This document shows positions 63,913-64,000 of a stretch of DNA of 64,000 nt, piece after piece. Made by a program: the position numbers and the translations under genes. This DNA is from Clostridia bacterium (lineage in GTDB: Bacteria; Bacillota; Clostridia; Oscillospirales; Acutalibacteraceae). The notes under the pieces were generated by a model. It had not been told where the DNA came from, did no database searches, and worked only from the letters and a program-made list of their open reading frames with translations. The stretch covers positions 12,184 to 76,183 of the forward strand of contig JAFXCH010000011.1 in NCBI GenBank assembly GCA_017516485.1, in the 5' to 3' direction. Numbering within the stretch: the stretch's first letter is position 1; every line of letters begins with the position of its first letter.

Positions 63913-64000
63913 ATGACAGAACAAAAATGGACCACTGTTGTTAAATCAAGCAACAGTGCTTTCGATATGGATATCAAAGGTCTGAAAAACTGCAAAGACC
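63913..64000 (+). CDS. 5' end of an unidentified ORF (possibly ABC-2/Wzm-type permease)
   Basis: ATG lies 4 nt after the previous stop. MTEQKWTTVVKSSNSAFDMDIKGLKNCKD runs off the window. The functional guess rests only on the IKGLKNCKD resemblance to TagG/Wzm N-termini. Confidence 0.3.
   Translation, partial: MTEQKWTTVVKSSNSAFDMDIKGLKNCKD

Overview
This 64 kb segment looks like chromosome from a Clostridia-class Firmicute. The class assignment is inferred from gene content: spoVAC, a Prp-processed L27, a class B sortase with an LCP protein, an ECF S component and many CAZymes. It resembles a Ruminococcus/Oscillospiraceae-type gut or rumen organism. All family calls come from reading motifs in the translations, because no database search was possible.

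Layout:
- 1-13.2 kb: a secreted hydrolase-like protein, a SufC-SufB/D pair, an MFS transporter, GtrA, a lipoprotein, two MATE exporters, and a small sortase-B module (minimal SPDTG substrate, SrtB, LCP).
- 13.2-18.3 kb: pyrR, ptsH, yhcH-like, three tandem membrane-anchored GH16 paralogs, aroK.
- 18.3-20.7 kb: a scrambled accessory patch. It holds an AAATCATG motif array, spoVAC plus a second diverged copy of its 3' tail, a 5'-truncated RAYT/IS200-like transposase, three identical REP-like hairpins and a YcxB-like gene.
- 20.7-24.2 kb: an esterase, a BNR propeller protein and a GH35 beta-galactosidase.
- 24.3-26.3 kb: an ECF S component, rplU-prp-rpmA, tRNA-Met and tRNA-Glu.
- 26.3-29.3 kb: an ORF-less structured region, an MFS transporter with an SDR, and a 50-bp perfect direct repeat.
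- 29.3-33.0 kb (minus strand): an ABC exporter, a GHMP sugar kinase and a nucleotidyltransferase.
- 33.1-41.4 kb: the most unusual unit. One operon encodes an HPr-kinase-like P-loop protein, a radical SAM/SPASM enzyme, a 1920-aa secreted GH43-like/LamG protein with an EPTTGD x4 tail, and an 81-aa Cys-containing ORF.
- 41.6-64 kb: a large Wzy-type exopolysaccharide locus. It has a CpsB phosphatase, two tandem fused Wzz/BY-kinases, an aminotransferase, a priming transferase, a TviB/TviC-like pair, about ten glycosyltransferases, Wzy and a TupA-like ATP-grasp protein.

I saw no CRISPR array, rRNA or prophage.
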